From contig CM075999.1 in the NCBI GenBank assembly GCA_038087875.1, positions 3,040,001 to 3,104,000 of the forward strand: a stretch of 64,000 nt of DNA, in the 5' to 3' direction. Below, piece after piece: positions 63,089 to 64,000 of the stretch. Under the pieces are notes generated by a model. That model made no database searches. It worked only from the letters and a program-made list of their open reading frames with translations, and was not told the DNA's origin. Position numbers and translations under genes: made by a program. The stretch's first letter is position 1. Every line of letters begins with the position of its first letter. This DNA comes from Malacoraja senta (taxonomy: Eukaryota).

Positions 63089-63370
63089 GGGCGCCACGGT
63101 GGCGCAGCGGTAGAGTTGCTGCCTCACAGCGCCAGAGACCCGGGTTCCATCCTGACCACGGGTGCTGTCTGTACGGAGTTTGTACGTTCTCCCCGTGACC
63201 TGCGTGGGTTTCTCCGGGTGCTCCGGTTTCCTCCCGCACTCCAAAGACGTGCAGGTTTGTAGGCTAATTGGCTTTGGTATAATTGTAAATTATAGATCCT
63301 TAGTGTATAGGATCGCTGCAGACTCGGTGGGCCAAAGGGCCTGTTTCCGCACTGTATCTTTGAACTAAAC
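63089..63370 (+). mobile_element. V-SINE (HE1-like)
   Basis: Full consensus. Confidence 0.85.
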
Positions 63371-63665
63371 GGTGTTGTGTTGGTGTTACTCCATAACACT
63401 GTAGACGAGCCTCTCACAAAGCTAGCCCCTGATCTTAACCTTCATTTACTTATTTTCCCCACACAGAGAGTGTGTGTGTGGGGGGGTGTATGGAACGAGC
63501 TGCCAGAGGATGTCGTTGAGGCAGGGACTTTAACAGCATTTAAAAGACATTTTGACAAGTACACAAATAGAAACAAAGAACTGCAGACGCTGGTTTCCAC
63601 CAGAGTTAGACACAAAGTGCTGGAGTAACTCAGCGGGTCAGGCAGCGTCTCTGGAGAAAAAGGAT

Positions 63666-63699
63666 GGGTGACGTTTCGGGTCGAGACCCTTCTTCAGTA
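63666..63699 (-). ncRNA. Minimal hammerhead ribozyme core (PLE pLTR)
   Basis: The - strand reads CUGAAGA-A-GGGU(CUCG)ACCC-GAAA-C-GUC-ACCC. Stem I is not formed. Confidence 0.4.
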
Positions 63700-64000
63700 T
63701 CTGGTCCAGTCTGGAGAAGGGCACCAACCCAAAACGTCACCTATCCATGTTCTCCACAGATGCTGCCTGACCCGCTGAGTTACTCTGGCACAGTGTACTT
63801 CTGTGCTTTGTAAGCTATACGGAACCACACTACAAATGATAAGGTAGACCAAAATGCTGGAGAAACTCAGCGGGTGCGGCAGCATCTATGGAGCGAAGGA
63901 AATAGGCAACGTTTCGGCCCGAAACCCTTCCGGGTTTCGGCCCGAAACGTTGCCTATTTCCTTCAGGGTTTCGGCCCGAAAGGTTGCCCATTTCCTTCGC

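Noticed and set aside
47000..64000. Exons of SCMH1, the expected next syntenic gene
   Set aside because: No SAM/MBT-like coding sequence was recognised in this interval.

Overview
Repeat-dense vertebrate genomic DNA. The HE1-type V-SINEs and CR1/HER1-like LINEs point to an elasmobranch, probably a skate or ray (inference). Two spliced genes lie tail-to-tail. CTPS1 (CTP synthase 1) is on the + strand: a non-coding exon ends at 6811, the ATG is at 11242, the stop at 37535-37537, and a 3'-UTR exon starts at 39026. SLFNL1 (Schlafen-like 1) is on the - strand: three coding exons span 46724 to 40435 and encode about 399 aa (RRM-like region, AlbA_2 domain, coiled coil, terminal CCVI). CTPS1 exons 4-5 are absent, probably inside the 200-N gap, and exon 16 has a 1-bp deletion. 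The CTPS1 promoter is a ~50-bp minisatellite of CRE (TGACGTCA) and GC-box motifs. Introns and flanks hold two full-length but frameshifted Passport-like Tc1 (DD34E) transposons, Harbinger-type MITEs, CR1/Rex1/L2 fragments and V-SINEs. They also hold many Penelope-like pLTR copies carrying minimal hammerhead-ribozyme cores (CUGANGA-stem II-GAAACGUC). Several splice signals of both genes appear to be supplied by retroposon ends. Exon boundaries were read base by base; most repeat boundaries are approximate, and family names come from recall, not database searches.
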